Below the pieces are notes generated by a model. The model searched no databases. It worked only from the letters and a program-made list of their open reading frames with translations, and had not been told where the DNA came from. The position numbers and the translations under genes are program-made. 38,772 bases of DNA from Methanomicrobiales archaeon (GTDB taxonomy: Archaea; Halobacteriota; Methanomicrobia; Methanomicrobiales; JACTUA01), in NCBI GenBank assembly GCA_034679905.1, contig JAXDAH010000030.1, positions 1 through 38,772 of the forward strand. The letters run 5' to 3'. The number at the start of each line of letters is the position of its first letter. Positions within the stretch are counted from its first letter, which is position 1. This document shows, piece by piece, positions 18,491 through 27,990 of the stretch.

Positions 18491-19327
18491 ATGCAGAATA
18501 CCCCGGATACAACGCTCTTCGAAGCCGTCGCCGCAGCGACCTGCCGCGCCCTGCAGGAGGCGGAGGTGCACCTGCCCGCCGACGTCCTCCGTGCCCTGCG
18601 CCGGACAGAAGAGCGGGAACCGAACCCCATCGCACGATCCGAACTCCAGAACATCTTAAGAAACGTGGAGCTGGCGGAGAAGTTGCAGCTGCCCCTCTGC
18701 CAGGACACCGGCGTGCCGGTCCTGTATGTCGCCCTGCCGCCCGATATCCCCCTTACGGATCGTCTCTTCGCCGCCCTTGGCGAGGGCGTGCGGCGCGCCA
18801 CTGAGATGGTGCCGCTCCGCCCCAACGTGGTGGATCCCCTCACGCGGGAGAACCGGGGGGACAACACCGGTCGCGGCATGCCGTCGGTGCACATCCATCC
18901 AGGCGCCCGGTTCACGATCACGGCCCTGCCCAAGGGGGCGGGTTCCGAGAATGTCTCGCGGATCGGGATGCTCCTCCCCTCGGAGCGGGACGGGATCGAG
19001 CGGTTCGTCGTGGAGACGGTGCTCCGCGCCGGCGGCCGGCCCTGCCCGCCGCTGGTGCTCGGCATCGGGATCGGCGGCACCTTCGACGGCGCCGCAACGC
19101 TGGCGAAGGAGGCCCTGCTCTCCCCGATCGACACGATGACCGACCTCGAGCAGCGCCTCTGCGACGCCGTCAACGCCCTCGGGATCGGTCCCATGGGGCT
19201 CGGGGGGGAGACCACCGCCCTGGCAGTGAAGGTGCGGCAGGCGGACTGCCACACCGCATCCCTCCCGTTAGCCGTCAACGTCCAGTGCTGGGCCTGCCGC
19301 CGGGCGACGGTGGAGGTGCAGCGGTGA
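18491..19327 (+). CDS. Fe-S hydro-lyase alpha subunit (class I fumarate hydratase/tartrate dehydratase family)
   Basis: PLCQDTG, PKGAGSEN, PCPP, GIGPMGLGG, CHTAS and VQCWA. Neighbouring kor/suc genes favour fumarase. Confidence 0.92.
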   Translation: MQNTPDTTLFEAVAAATCRALQEAEVHLPADVLRALRRTEEREPNPIARSELQNILRNVELAEKLQLPLCQDTGVPVLYVALPPDIPLTDRLFAALGEGVRRATEMVPLRPNVVDPLTRENRGDNTGRGMPSVHIHPGARFTITALPKGAGSENVSRIGMLLPSERDGIERFVVETVLRAGGRPCPPLVLGIGIGGTFDGAATLAKEALLSPIDTMTDLEQRLCDAVNALGIGPMGLGGETTALAVKVRQADCHTASLPLAVNVQCWACRRATVEVQR

Positions 19328-19854
19328 GAGACCTCACAACCCCGCTCGGGGACGAAGTGCTGGAACTGCGGGCCGGCGATCGGGTCGCCTTCTCCGGGAT
19401 CGTGTATACCGCGCGGGACGAGGCGCACCGGCGGATGCTGGAGCAGGGGATACCGTTCGATCCGCGGGGAGCCGCCGTTTACCACTGCGGCCCGCTCATC
19501 CGGGAGGACAGGGTGCTCGCCGCCGGCCCGACCACCTCGGCCCGGATGAACGCCCTTACCGGCTTCCTGATTGATCGGGGGGTGCGGGCTCTGATCGGGA
19601 AAGGGGGCATGGGTAGCGAGGTGGTGGAACAGCTCCGGGGGCGGGGCGTCTACCTGGCCTTCAGCGGAGGCTGCGCCGTGCTTGCCGCCTCCCGCATGAC
19701 GCTGGAAGGGGTGTACTGGGAAGACCTCGGGATGGCGGAGGCGATCTGGATCCTCAGGCTCGACCGTCTCCCCCTCGTCGTAGGGATCGATGCCCACGGG
19801 ACGGACCTCTTCGCCTCGGTGATGGAGAGGGCAAAGGGGTGTGCGAGGCTCTAG
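19324..19854 (+). CDS. Fe-S hydro-lyase beta subunit (fumarate hydratase family)
   Basis: YTARDEAH, YHCGP, GPTTSARM, IGKGG and LGMAEA. GTG start overlaps the alpha-subunit stop. Confidence 0.92.
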   Translation: MRDLTTPLGDEVLELRAGDRVAFSGIVYTARDEAHRRMLEQGIPFDPRGAAVYHCGPLIREDRVLAAGPTTSARMNALTGFLIDRGVRALIGKGGMGSEVVEQLRGRGVYLAFSGGCAVLAASRMTLEGVYWEDLGMAEAIWILRLDRLPLVVGIDAHGTDLFASVMERAKGCARL

Positions 19855-19969
19855 GCGATGGATTGTCTGCCCAACAGCTGCCATGCCGCATCGGGAGAAA
19901 TGGCATCCGAACAACAGGTATACCTTTTTTTCTCCGGCGGTTCAACCTTATGGGAAAGGATAAGACGGC

Positions 19970-20242
19970 ATGCGACTGGTCATAGACGAGAAACGATGCA
20001 AAGGCTGCAACCTCTGCACCCTGGTCTGCCCCTATAAGATATTCCAGCCCGGGCACACACAGAACGAGCGGGGAATCGTCCAGCCGACCCTGGATCGGCC
20101 CGAACGCTGCCCCAACTGCCGCCTCCAGCACCTCTACGGGAGGGTGCTCTGCGGCTATTGCCAGAAGATCTGCCCGGATCAGGCGATCCGCTGGGAGGAG
20201 GATACACCCCTGGCCCGCGAGAAGGTCGTGGTCGAGGCATGA
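19970..20242 (+). CDS. korD: 2-oxoacid:ferredoxin oxidoreductase delta subunit (4Fe-4S dicluster)
   Basis: CKGCNLCTLVCP and CPNC-x10-CGYCQKICP; first gene of the kor operon. Confidence 0.85.
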   Translation: MRLVIDEKRCKGCNLCTLVCPYKIFQPGHTQNERGIVQPTLDRPERCPNCRLQHLYGRVLCGYCQKICPDQAIRWEEDTPLAREKVVVEA

Positions 20243-21339
20243 CCCGCACCGAGTTCATGCAGGGGAACGTGGCCTGTGCCGAGGGGGCGCTTGCGGCCGG
20301 CTGCCGCTTTTTCGGCGGCTACCCGATCACCCCGTCGACCGAGATCGCCGAGCACATGGCCGCACGCCTCCCCAAGCGGCAGGGCATCTTCATCCAGATG
20401 GAGGACGAGCTCGCCAGCATCGCCGCCGTCATCGGCGCCTCCTGGACCGGGGTGCGGGCGATGACCGCGACGAGCGGACCGGGGTTCTCCCTGATGATGG
20501 AGAACATCGGTTATGCCGCCATGACCGAGACACCCTGCGTCATCGTCAACGTCCAGCGGGGGGGCCCGAGCACCGGCCAGCCCACTCTCGCCGCCCAGGG
20601 GGACATGCTCCAGTGCCGCTTCGGCTCCCACGGGGACTACAGCATCATCGCCCTCTCGCCAGCGAGCGTGCAGGAGATGTTCGAACTCACGGCAAAGGCC
20701 TTCAACCTGGCGGACACCTACCGCGTGCCGGTGTTTCTCATGGCAGACGAGATCGTCGGGCACATGCGGGAGCAGATCGTCATCCCCGATCGCGTGGAGA
20801 TCGCGGAGCGGAGACCGCTAGAAAAAGGTGCGCTGCCCTTCCGGGGGGGAACGGAAGGCATCCCCGGGTTCCCCGCCTTCGGGCAGGGGCATGCGGTCCA
20901 CGTCACCGGCCTGACGCATGACGAGAAGGGCTATCCCCGCACCAACCATCCAAAGATCCACGAAGAGCTCGTCACCCGGCTGGTGCGGAAGGTGGAGAAC
21001 GCCCGGCGGCAGATCGCCGACTATGACGTGGTCAACCCGGACGCCGAGATCGTCTTCGTCTCCTACGGCGCCCCGGCGCGGACCGTGCAGCAGGTGCTGC
21101 ACGACGCCGGAGACGGCGGTATCGGCCACCTGCGGTTGAAGACGGTCTGGCCTTTCCCGGAGTTCGCCCTGCGGGAGTTCAAGAACGCCCGCTCGTTCCT
21201 CGTGCCCGAGATGAACCTCGGGCAGATGTCCCGCGAGATCGAGCGGCACGTGGATCAGACGGTCGTCTCCCTCCCGAAGATCGGTGGGGAGCTACACACG
21301 CCGGGGGATCTCGTCCGGGCGGTGGAGGGAGCCCGATGA
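20239..21339 (+). CDS. korA: 2-oxoglutarate:ferredoxin oxidoreductase alpha subunit
   Basis: GYPITPSTE, QMEDE, TATSGPGFSLMME and QRGGPSTG. Start at MTRTEF (ATGA overlap). Substrate inferred from adjacent sucCD. Confidence 0.9.
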   Translation: MTRTEFMQGNVACAEGALAAGCRFFGGYPITPSTEIAEHMAARLPKRQGIFIQMEDELASIAAVIGASWTGVRAMTATSGPGFSLMMENIGYAAMTETPCVIVNVQRGGPSTGQPTLAAQGDMLQCRFGSHGDYSIIALSPASVQEMFELTAKAFNLADTYRVPVFLMADEIVGHMREQIVIPDRVEIAERRPLEKGALPFRGGTEGIPGFPAFGQGHAVHVTGLTHDEKGYPRTNHPKIHEELVTRLVRKVENARRQIADYDVVNPDAEIVFVSYGAPARTVQQVLHDAGDGGIGHLRLKTVWPFPEFALREFKNARSFLVPEMNLGQMSREIERHVDQTVVSLPKIGGELHTPGDLVRAVEGAR

Positions 21340-22124
21340 CCTTCCTGGACTGGTACCGCGAGGACCGCCTGCCCCACATCTACTGCGCCGGGTGCGGCAA
21401 CGGCACCGTGATCAACTGCACGCTGGACGCGGTCGAGTCGATGGGATGGAGCCGGAAGGAGACGGTCTTCGTCTCCGGCATCGGCTGCTCGTCCCGGGCA
21501 CCGGGCTACATCAAGACCGACGGGCTCCACACCACCCACGGGCGGGCGCTGGCCTTCGCGACCGGGGTGAAACTGGCCAATCCCGCGCTCCAGGTGGTGG
21601 TCTTCACGGGCGACGGGGACCTCGCGGCGATCGGCGGCAACCACTTCATCCATGCCTGCCGCCGCAACGTGGATATGACTGTCGTCTGCATGAACAACTT
21701 CATCTACGGCATGACGGGAGGGCAGGGGAGCCCCACCACTCCGCGGAGCGCCCTCTCGTCCACCACGCCCTACGGGGCGGAGGAGGAGCCCTTCGATCTC
21801 TCCTCGCTCGCGGTGGCGGCCGGCGCCAACTACGTGGCGCGCTGGACATCTTACCATGTGAAGGAGCTGACCCGGGCGATCCATACAGGCCTGGATACGC
21901 CCGGCTTCTCCTTTATCGAGGCGCTCGTGCAGTGCCCGACCGGATACGGCCGCAGGAACCGTCTCCGCGAGGCAACGGACATGGTAGAGTACCTGAAGAC
22001 GCATTCCATCCTGCTCCAGAAGAAGCAACGGATGGAGCGGGAGGGGCAGGAAGTCCCTCCCGGAATGATCCCGATGGGCGAGTTCGTGCGGCGGAGCCGC
22101 CCGGTGCTGGGGGTGAAGCGATGA
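21336..22124 (+). CDS. korB: 2-oxoglutarate:ferredoxin oxidoreductase beta subunit
   Basis: CAGCG, SGIGCS, HTTHGR and the TPP motif GDGD...NNFIYGMTGGQ. Confidence 0.92.
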   Translation: MTFLDWYREDRLPHIYCAGCGNGTVINCTLDAVESMGWSRKETVFVSGIGCSSRAPGYIKTDGLHTTHGRALAFATGVKLANPALQVVVFTGDGDLAAIGGNHFIHACRRNVDMTVVCMNNFIYGMTGGQGSPTTPRSALSSTTPYGAEEEPFDLSSLAVAAGANYVARWTSYHVKELTRAIHTGLDTPGFSFIEALVQCPTGYGRRNRLREATDMVEYLKTHSILLQKKQRMEREGQEVPPGMIPMGEFVRRSRPVLGVKR

Positions 22125-22663
22125 GGCGCGAGGTGCGGTTCTCCGGCTTCGGCGGCCAGGGCATCATCCTCGCCGCCGTGATCCTGGGGCGGGCAGCCGC
22201 CCTGCACGACAACAAGCACGCCGTCCAGACGCAGGTCTACGGGCCCGAAGCCCGCGGAGGGGCATCGATGAGCGCGGTCGTCATCGACGACGAGCCGATC
22301 CTCTACCCCGAGGTGACGGCGCCGGACATCTTCGTGATCATGTCGGAGGAGGGATTCGAACGCTACGGCGCCGACGCCCCGCGGGACGCGGTCATGGTCC
22401 TCGACTCCGACATGGTGCGCTCCCGTCCCGACTGCCGCTGGTATGCGGTGCCCGCGACGTCGGAGGCGAAGAACGCGTTGAAGCGGGTGATTGTCGCCAA
22501 CATTGTCATGCTCGGGGCGCTGGTCGCCGCGACCGGAGTCGTCAGCGAGACGGCGATCGAGAAGGCGGTGCTGGACAGCGTGCCGAAGGGGACCGAGAGC
22601 CTGAACCTGCAGGCGCTGAAGCGGGGATTTGAGCTGGTGCGGGAAGGAGAGAGAAGTGCATGA
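22121..22663 (+). CDS. korC: 2-oxoglutarate:ferredoxin oxidoreductase gamma subunit
   Basis: GFGGQGI, YGPEARGG and ANIVMLGAL. Start moved to MRREVRF (ATGA overlap). Confidence 0.92.
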   Translation: MRREVRFSGFGGQGIILAAVILGRAAALHDNKHAVQTQVYGPEARGGASMSAVVIDDEPILYPEVTAPDIFVIMSEEGFERYGADAPRDAVMVLDSDMVRSRPDCRWYAVPATSEAKNALKRVIVANIVMLGALVAATGVVSETAIEKAVLDSVPKGTESLNLQALKRGFELVREGERSA

Positions 22664-23745
22664 AACTGATGGAGCACGAAGCAAAAGAGATCTTCAGGAC
22701 ATTTGGCATTCCCGTCCCGAAAGGGTTCCTGGTGCGGAGCCCGGACGAGGTCGGGGAGTACCTGGACGCCATCGGATCTCCAATGGTCCTCAAGGCGCAG
22801 GTGGAGGTGGCCGGCAGGGGGAAGGCCGGCGGCATCCTGATGGCAGAGCGCGTAAACGCGGTCGAAACCGCTGCAGAACTCTTCTCGCGACAGATCAAGG
22901 GCCTGCCGGTCCGGACCGTCCTCATGGAGGAGCGGCTCCCGATCCAGCGGGAGTACTACCTCTCCATCACGATCGACCGCTCCACGCGGGAGGCGGCGAT
23001 CCTCTTTGCGGACTCCGGCGGCGTGGAGATCGAGGCGGTGGCACAAGAGCGGCCCGACGCAGTGCGGAAGGTCTCCATATCGCTCCTGCTGACCGAGGTG
23101 CCGGCGTTCATGGTGCGCGAGCTCGTCGGCAGGACGGATCCCCGAATCGGGCCCGTCATCCAGCAGCTCTACCGGGTATTCCGCGCAAAGGATGCGCTGC
23201 TGGCGGAGATCAACCCCCTGGCGTCCACGCCGCAGGGCATGGTTGCGGCGGACGCCAAGATCATCGTGGACGACAATGCACTCTCCCGCCAGGGCATCCA
23301 GGTGAACCGCGATCTCTCCACCCGCGAGCGTGAAGCCGAGCGGCACGGGTTCTCCTACGTGGAGCTGGCCGGCACCATCGGCGTGATCGGAAACGGCGCC
23401 GGGCTCACCATGGCGACGCTCGACCTGATCCAGTACTTCCGGGGCGCGGCGGCCAACTTTCTGGACGTCGGCGGCGGCGCGGACCAGGAGCGCGTGATGC
23501 ACGCGGTCCGGCTCGTCGCCTCGGATCCATCCGTCCGCGTGATCCTGGTGAACCTGCTCGGGGGAATCACCCGCTGCGACGAGGTGGCGCGGGGCATCGT
23601 CGAGGCAAAGGTGCCCCAGAAGATCATGGTGCGGCTGGCCGGCACGAACGAGGAGGAGGGCAGAGCTCTGCTCCGGGAGCACGGCTATACGATGTTCGAG
23701 ACCATGGACCGGGCGGTGCACGCCGCGGTGGAGGCGTCCCGATGA
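22660..23745 (+). CDS. sucC: Succinyl-CoA synthetase beta subunit
   Basis: MKLMEHEAK, GRGKAGG, EINPL, GNGAGL, ANFLDVGGGA and GGITRCD. Confidence 0.95.
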   Translation: MKLMEHEAKEIFRTFGIPVPKGFLVRSPDEVGEYLDAIGSPMVLKAQVEVAGRGKAGGILMAERVNAVETAAELFSRQIKGLPVRTVLMEERLPIQREYYLSITIDRSTREAAILFADSGGVEIEAVAQERPDAVRKVSISLLLTEVPAFMVRELVGRTDPRIGPVIQQLYRVFRAKDALLAEINPLASTPQGMVAADAKIIVDDNALSRQGIQVNRDLSTREREAERHGFSYVELAGTIGVIGNGAGLTMATLDLIQYFRGAAANFLDVGGGADQERVMHAVRLVASDPSVRVILVNLLGGITRCDEVARGIVEAKVPQKIMVRLAGTNEEEGRALLREHGYTMFETMDRAVHAAVEASR

Positions 23746-24608
23746 TCTACGGGGACCGCAACCGGGGCGTGATCGTGCAGGGCGCCACCGGCAAGCAGGG
23801 CGCCTTCCACATCCAGCTGATGAACGCCTACGCCCGGTCCGTAGGAGGGCGGGGCGTGGTCGCCGGCATCAGCCCAGGCAAGGGTGGCCAGGTGGTGCAC
23901 GGCGTGCCCGTCTACGACAGCATCCGTGCCGCCCTGCGGGAGCACGACGCGCAGGCGAACGTCATCTTCGTGCCGGCGGCGGCAGCGGCCGATTCGATCC
24001 TGGAGTCGGCGTCGGCCGGTCTCGACCTCGCGGTCGTGATCACCGAGCACATCCCCGTGCACGACACCATGACGGCGATCGCCTACGCACGGCTGAAGGG
24101 CTGCACCGTGATCGGGCCGAACTGCCCCGGCCTCCTCTCGCCGGGCGAGTGCAAGCTCGGGATCATGCCGGTGCACCTCGCCTCGCGGGGGAACGTCGGC
24201 GTCATCTCGCGGAGCGGCACCCTGACCTACGAGATCGTCCATGAGCTGACCCGCGCCGGCATTGGGCAGAGCACGGTGGTGGGGATCGGCGGCGACCCGA
24301 TTATCGGCCAGACATTCGCCGACGTGCTCCAGCGGTTCGAGGAGGACCGGGAGACCCAGGCCGTCGTCCTCATCGGCGAGGTCGGAGGGGCCCTGGAGGA
24401 GGAGGGCGTCGCCTCCACCCGCCTGCCGCTCACCGCCTACATCGCCGGGGTCTCCGCACCCCCCGAGAAGCGCATGGGGCACGCGGGTGCGATTGTGGAG
24501 GGGGGCGAGGGCGACGCCCGCTCCAAGATCCGCCGCCTGGAGAGGATGGGGGTGAGCGTCGCCTCCCGCCCCTCGGAGATCCCCGCGCTCGTCCGGGAGC
24601 TTCTATGA
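23742..24608 (+). CDS. sucD: Succinyl-CoA synthetase alpha subunit
   Basis: [24 protein letters not shown] and phospho-His motif RMGHAGA. Confidence 0.96.
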   Translation: MIYGDRNRGVIVQGATGKQGAFHIQLMNAYARSVGGRGVVAGISPGKGGQVVHGVPVYDSIRAALREHDAQANVIFVPAAAAADSILESASAGLDLAVVITEHIPVHDTMTAIAYARLKGCTVIGPNCPGLLSPGECKLGIMPVHLASRGNVGVISRSGTLTYEIVHELTRAGIGQSTVVGIGGDPIIGQTFADVLQRFEEDRETQAVVLIGEVGGALEEEGVASTRLPLTAYIAGVSAPPEKRMGHAGAIVEGGEGDARSKIRRLERMGVSVASRPSEIPALVRELL

Positions 24609-25402
24609 CCGCGGAGCTGATGATGAACGCTGCGGCGCGGATCGCCGCGGAGATCGGGGCTCGGGCGATCGTCTCGTTCACCAAACCCTGCCCCTGTGTA
24701 TCCGATGTCCCCATCATCTGGGCGCAGGAGCTCCAGCTCGATGTCTTAAAAGATCTCACCATGCAGGACATCCTGGAGGTCTGCGAGCACCACATGCTGG
24801 ACGCCGCCATCCAGCTCTACCTCACCCGCCGCCTGGAGCACGGGATGGTCGTGGGTGTCTTCCCCTACGCGATCCTGCTCTACGACATCGGCGAGGGCAA
24901 GAACTTCATCAACGTCAAGGAGTTCGAGGATATCGTCCCGCGGGAGGTGATGTATGCAGCCCTCTCCCTGGCGATGGAGATCGCGCTCGAAGGGCGGGAG
25001 GGGAGGCCGATCGGGACGGCGTTCATCATCGGCGACGGAGATGCGATCTTCCGGCGGTCGCACCAGGCGATCCTCAACCCCTACGAGGGGCAGCCGGAGG
25101 GCGTGACGGACATCAAAAACCGCGAGAACTGGGAGAGCATCAAGGAGTTCGCCCAGCTCGACGGCATGTTCGTGGTGAACCGGGAGGGTTTCATCCTCTC
25201 CGCCGGGCGGTATCTCGACATCGTCCAGAAGAAGGTCAACCTGCCGGGCGGACTCGGCGGACGGCACCGCGCCACCGCCGCCATCACCGCCGATATCCCC
25301 GTCGTGGGCGTGACGGTATCGGAGAGCGGGGGCGTAGTGCGGGTGTTCCGCGACGGCGTCTGCAAGCTCTCCATACGGACCGACGTGCGGGTGAGGGGCT
25401 AG
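24605..25402 (+). CDS. Diadenylate cyclase (DisA_N/DAC domain, archaeal DacZ-like)
   Basis: EGREGRPIGTAFIIGD, KEFAQLDGM (DGA-motif variant), GLGGRHRA and VSESGG, behind a roughly 100-aa N-terminal domain. Confidence 0.87.
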   Translation: MTAELMMNAAARIAAEIGARAIVSFTKPCPCVSDVPIIWAQELQLDVLKDLTMQDILEVCEHHMLDAAIQLYLTRRLEHGMVVGVFPYAILLYDIGEGKNFINVKEFEDIVPREVMYAALSLAMEIALEGREGRPIGTAFIIGDGDAIFRRSHQAILNPYEGQPEGVTDIKNRENWESIKEFAQLDGMFVVNREGFILSAGRYLDIVQKKVNLPGGLGGRHRATAAITADIPVVGVTVSESGGVVRVFRDGVCKLSIRTDVRVRG

Positions 25403-25425
25403 CGGAAGATTCTGGGGGCGCAGCA

Positions 25426-26247
25426 TCAGCGTTTCGGACGATTGGCCCTCGTGCACGCCTTCACCGTTTCTATCATTTCCCGCACGTAATCCCGCAGCTC
25501 CTTCTGCATGGCGCTCCGGTCGTGGATGGTGGCCTCGACGATATCCACGATGACGCTGCCTACGATGACCGCGTCGACGCCCGCCGCGGCACAGGCATGG
25601 ATATGCTCGGCCCGCGAGATGCCGAATCCCACCGCCAGGGGCAGTTCGGTCCGGGGACGAATGCGTCCGATCAGCTCCAGCGTATCGCCGGACAGCTGCT
25701 CCCGCCCGCCCGTCGTCCCGAGGCGGGACACCAGGTACACGAAGCCGCTCGCAGACGCCAGGATCCGCTCCAGGCGCTCGTCGTTCGTCGTGGGGGCGAC
25801 GAGAAAGATCTGGCGTATCCCCTGGCATTGCGCCGTCTCAAGCACCTCCCCGCACTCCTCGAGCGGCATATCGACGATCAGGATACCGTCCACGCCGCTG
25901 GCGGCTGCTTCCCGATAGAACCTCTCCACGCCCCTCCGGTAGACGATATTGTAGTAGGTCAGAAGCACGATGGGTACACTCGAGCAGCCGCGGATCTCCC
26001 GAACGATATCCAGCGCCATGGCGAAATTCGTCCCGCTCTGGAGCGCCCGGATATCAGCCCTCTGGATGGTCGGCCCGTCCGCGACTGGATCGGAGAAGGG
26101 GATGCCCAGCTCCAGGATATCGGCACCGCCATCGATGACGCTCTTTGCCGCCTGGATGCACTGTCCCCGGTCCGGATCCCCGGCGACGAGGAAGGCGATG
26201 AATGCGGGGCGGTCCAGGCTTTTAAACATCCGGTCGATGCGGTTCAC
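25426..26247 (-). CDS. trpA: Tryptophan synthase alpha chain
   Basis: ELGIPFSDPVADGPTIQ, GFVYLVS and VGFGIS; GTG start. Confidence 0.97.
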   Translation of the reverse strand: MNRIDRMFKSLDRPAFIAFLVAGDPDRGQCIQAAKSVIDGGADILELGIPFSDPVADGPTIQRADIRALQSGTNFAMALDIVREIRGCSSVPIVLLTYYNIVYRRGVERFYREAAASGVDGILIVDMPLEECGEVLETAQCQGIRQIFLVAPTTNDERLERILASASGFVYLVSRLGTTGGREQLSGDTLELIGRIRPRTELPLAVGFGISRAEHIHACAAAGVDAVIVGSVIVDIVEATIHDRSAMQKELRDYVREMIETVKACTRANRPKR

Positions 26248-26250
26248 GTC

Positions 26251-27417
26251 CTACAGCCCCCGCATCCGCGCCACCTCGGCCACATCCTTGTCCCCGCGCC
26301 CGGACAGGTTGACGATCACGATGGCATCCCGAAAGTCGCCGGCCATCCTGCGCAGCCGGGCCACGGCGTGTGCGGACTCCAGGGCCGGGAGAATTCCCTC
26401 CGTTCTCGCCAGGAAATGGAACGCATCCAGGGCTTCCTGGTCCGTGGCGGAGACGAACTCGACTTTTCTCCCGTCCTTCCAGCAGCTCAGTTCTGGACCG
26501 ACACCCGGGTAGTCCAGCCCGGCGGCGACGCTGTGGGTTGCGCTGATCTGCCCATCCGGATCCTGCAGGAGGTAGGAGAGCGCGCCGTGGAGAATCCCTT
26601 CCGTGCCCGCACAGAGAGTTGCGCCGTGCTCGCCGGTATCCCCGCATCTCCCACCCGCCTCGACGCCGATGAGCCGCACGCGCTCGCCGACGAAGGGGTG
26701 AAACATGCCGATGGCGTTGGATCCGCCTCCCACACAGGCCAGGATCGCATCCGGCAGCCTTCCCTCCTTCTGGAGCACCTGCTGCTTCGTCTCCTCGCCG
26801 ATGACCGTCTGGAAGTCGCGGACCATCGTCGGGTAGGGGTGCGGACCGACTACGGAACCCAGGAGATAGTAGGTGTCCCGGGCATTCGCCACCCAGTCCC
26901 GCAACGCCTCGTTGACCGCATCCTTCAGGGTTCTCGTACCGGACGCGACGGGGATCACTTCCGCCCCCAAGAGCTGCATGCGGTAGACGTTCAATGCCTG
27001 TCTCTGCACGTCCGTCTCCCCCATGTAGACTTCGGCGGTGAGCCCCAGGGCGGCACAGGCGATCGCCGTCGCGACCCCGTGCTGGCCGGCGCCGGTCTCT
27101 GCAATCACCCGGCGTTTGCCCATGTACCGTGCCAGCAATGCCTGCCCGAGCGTGTTATTCAGCTTGTGGGCTCCACCGTGGAGAAGGTCCTCCCGCTTCA
27201 GGTACACCCTGCAGCCAAGTATTCGCGAGACGTTCGCGCAGTAGGTCAGGGGGGTTGGTCTGCCGGCGTACTCTGTCAGGTAGTGGCGGAGCTCGTCCCG
27301 GAACGCGGCATCGCCGCACGCACGAGCGTATGCATCCTCGAGCTCGAGGAGCGGCTCCATCAGGGTCTCCGGCACGTACTGGCCACCGAATCTGCCGAAC
27401 CTTCCCTTCTTCGTCAT
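26251..27417 (-). CDS. trpB: Tryptophan synthase beta chain
   Basis: [32 protein letters not shown] and NLSGRGDKD. Confidence 0.98.
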   Translation of the reverse strand: MTKKGRFGRFGGQYVPETLMEPLLELEDAYARACGDAAFRDELRHYLTEYAGRPTPLTYCANVSRILGCRVYLKREDLLHGGAHKLNNTLGQALLARYMGKRRVIAETGAGQHGVATAIACAALGLTAEVYMGETDVQRQALNVYRMQLLGAEVIPVASGTRTLKDAVNEALRDWVANARDTYYLLGSVVGPHPYPTMVRDFQTVIGEETKQQVLQKEGRLPDAILACVGGGSNAIGMFHPFVGERVRLIGVEAGGRCGDTGEHGATLCAGTEGILHGALSYLLQDPDGQISATHSVAAGLDYPGVGPELSCWKDGRKVEFVSATDQEALDAFHFLARTEGILPALESAHAVARLRRMAGDFRDAIVIVNLSGRGDKDVAEVARMRGL

Positions 27418-27990
27418 CTATCTCTCCCTGGCCGCACGGACGAATGCCTGCACCTTTCTCCGGTTCTTGATCCCGGGCCGATCCTCCACGCCGGAGGCGA
27501 CATCTACCGCATAAGGGCACACCAGCCCGATCGCCGCGCGGACATTCCCGGGCGTGAGGCCGCCCGCGAGGATGACCGGGCAGGTCGCTCGCTGGACCAT
27601 CTCTCGGGCAAAGGAGGGATCGAATGCTGTCCCCCTCCCGCAGCTCTCGTCAACGACGAGGGCGTCGCAGTCTGCGGGGATAGCACCGCCCCTCTTCACC
27701 ACCCGGAGCACCTTCACCGTCCGCCCCTCCGGGAACTCGAAGGCGTGGGTGATCTGGATTGCATCGGGGTCCAGGGCCAGTATCTCCTCCAGCTCCTGCC
27801 GGCTCTTCGTATGGGTCACGACCACCCTAGTGACGAAGGGGCCGAGCGAGGCGAAGATCGCCCGTGCCCGCTCCGGCGGCACGGAGCGGGGAGAGTCGCT
27901 GAACATGACAACCCCGATAGCATCCGCGCCCGCCTCCTCTGCACACCTGGCATCCTCCGCCGAGGTGATGCCGCATATTTTCACGCGCAT
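27418..27990 (-). CDS. trpF: Phosphoribosylanthranilate isomerase
   Basis: VKICGIT, ILAGGLTPGNV and VDVASGVE. Confidence 0.96.
   Translation of the reverse strand: MRVKICGITSAEDARCAEEAGADAIGVVMFSDSPRSVPPERARAIFASLGPFVTRVVVTHTKSRQELEEILALDPDAIQITHAFEFPEGRTVKVLRVVKRGGAIPADCDALVVDESCGRGTAFDPSFAREMVQRATCPVILAGGLTPGNVRAAIGLVCPYAVDVASGVEDRPGIKNRRKVQAFVRAARER

Noticed and set aside
21284-22663. Apparent long N-terminal extensions in the ORF track (korC, korA, trpD, trpC, trpG, mat, PfkB kinase)
   Set aside because: Each has a downstream start, usually with a 4-nt overlap or RBS, that gives a normal-length protein.
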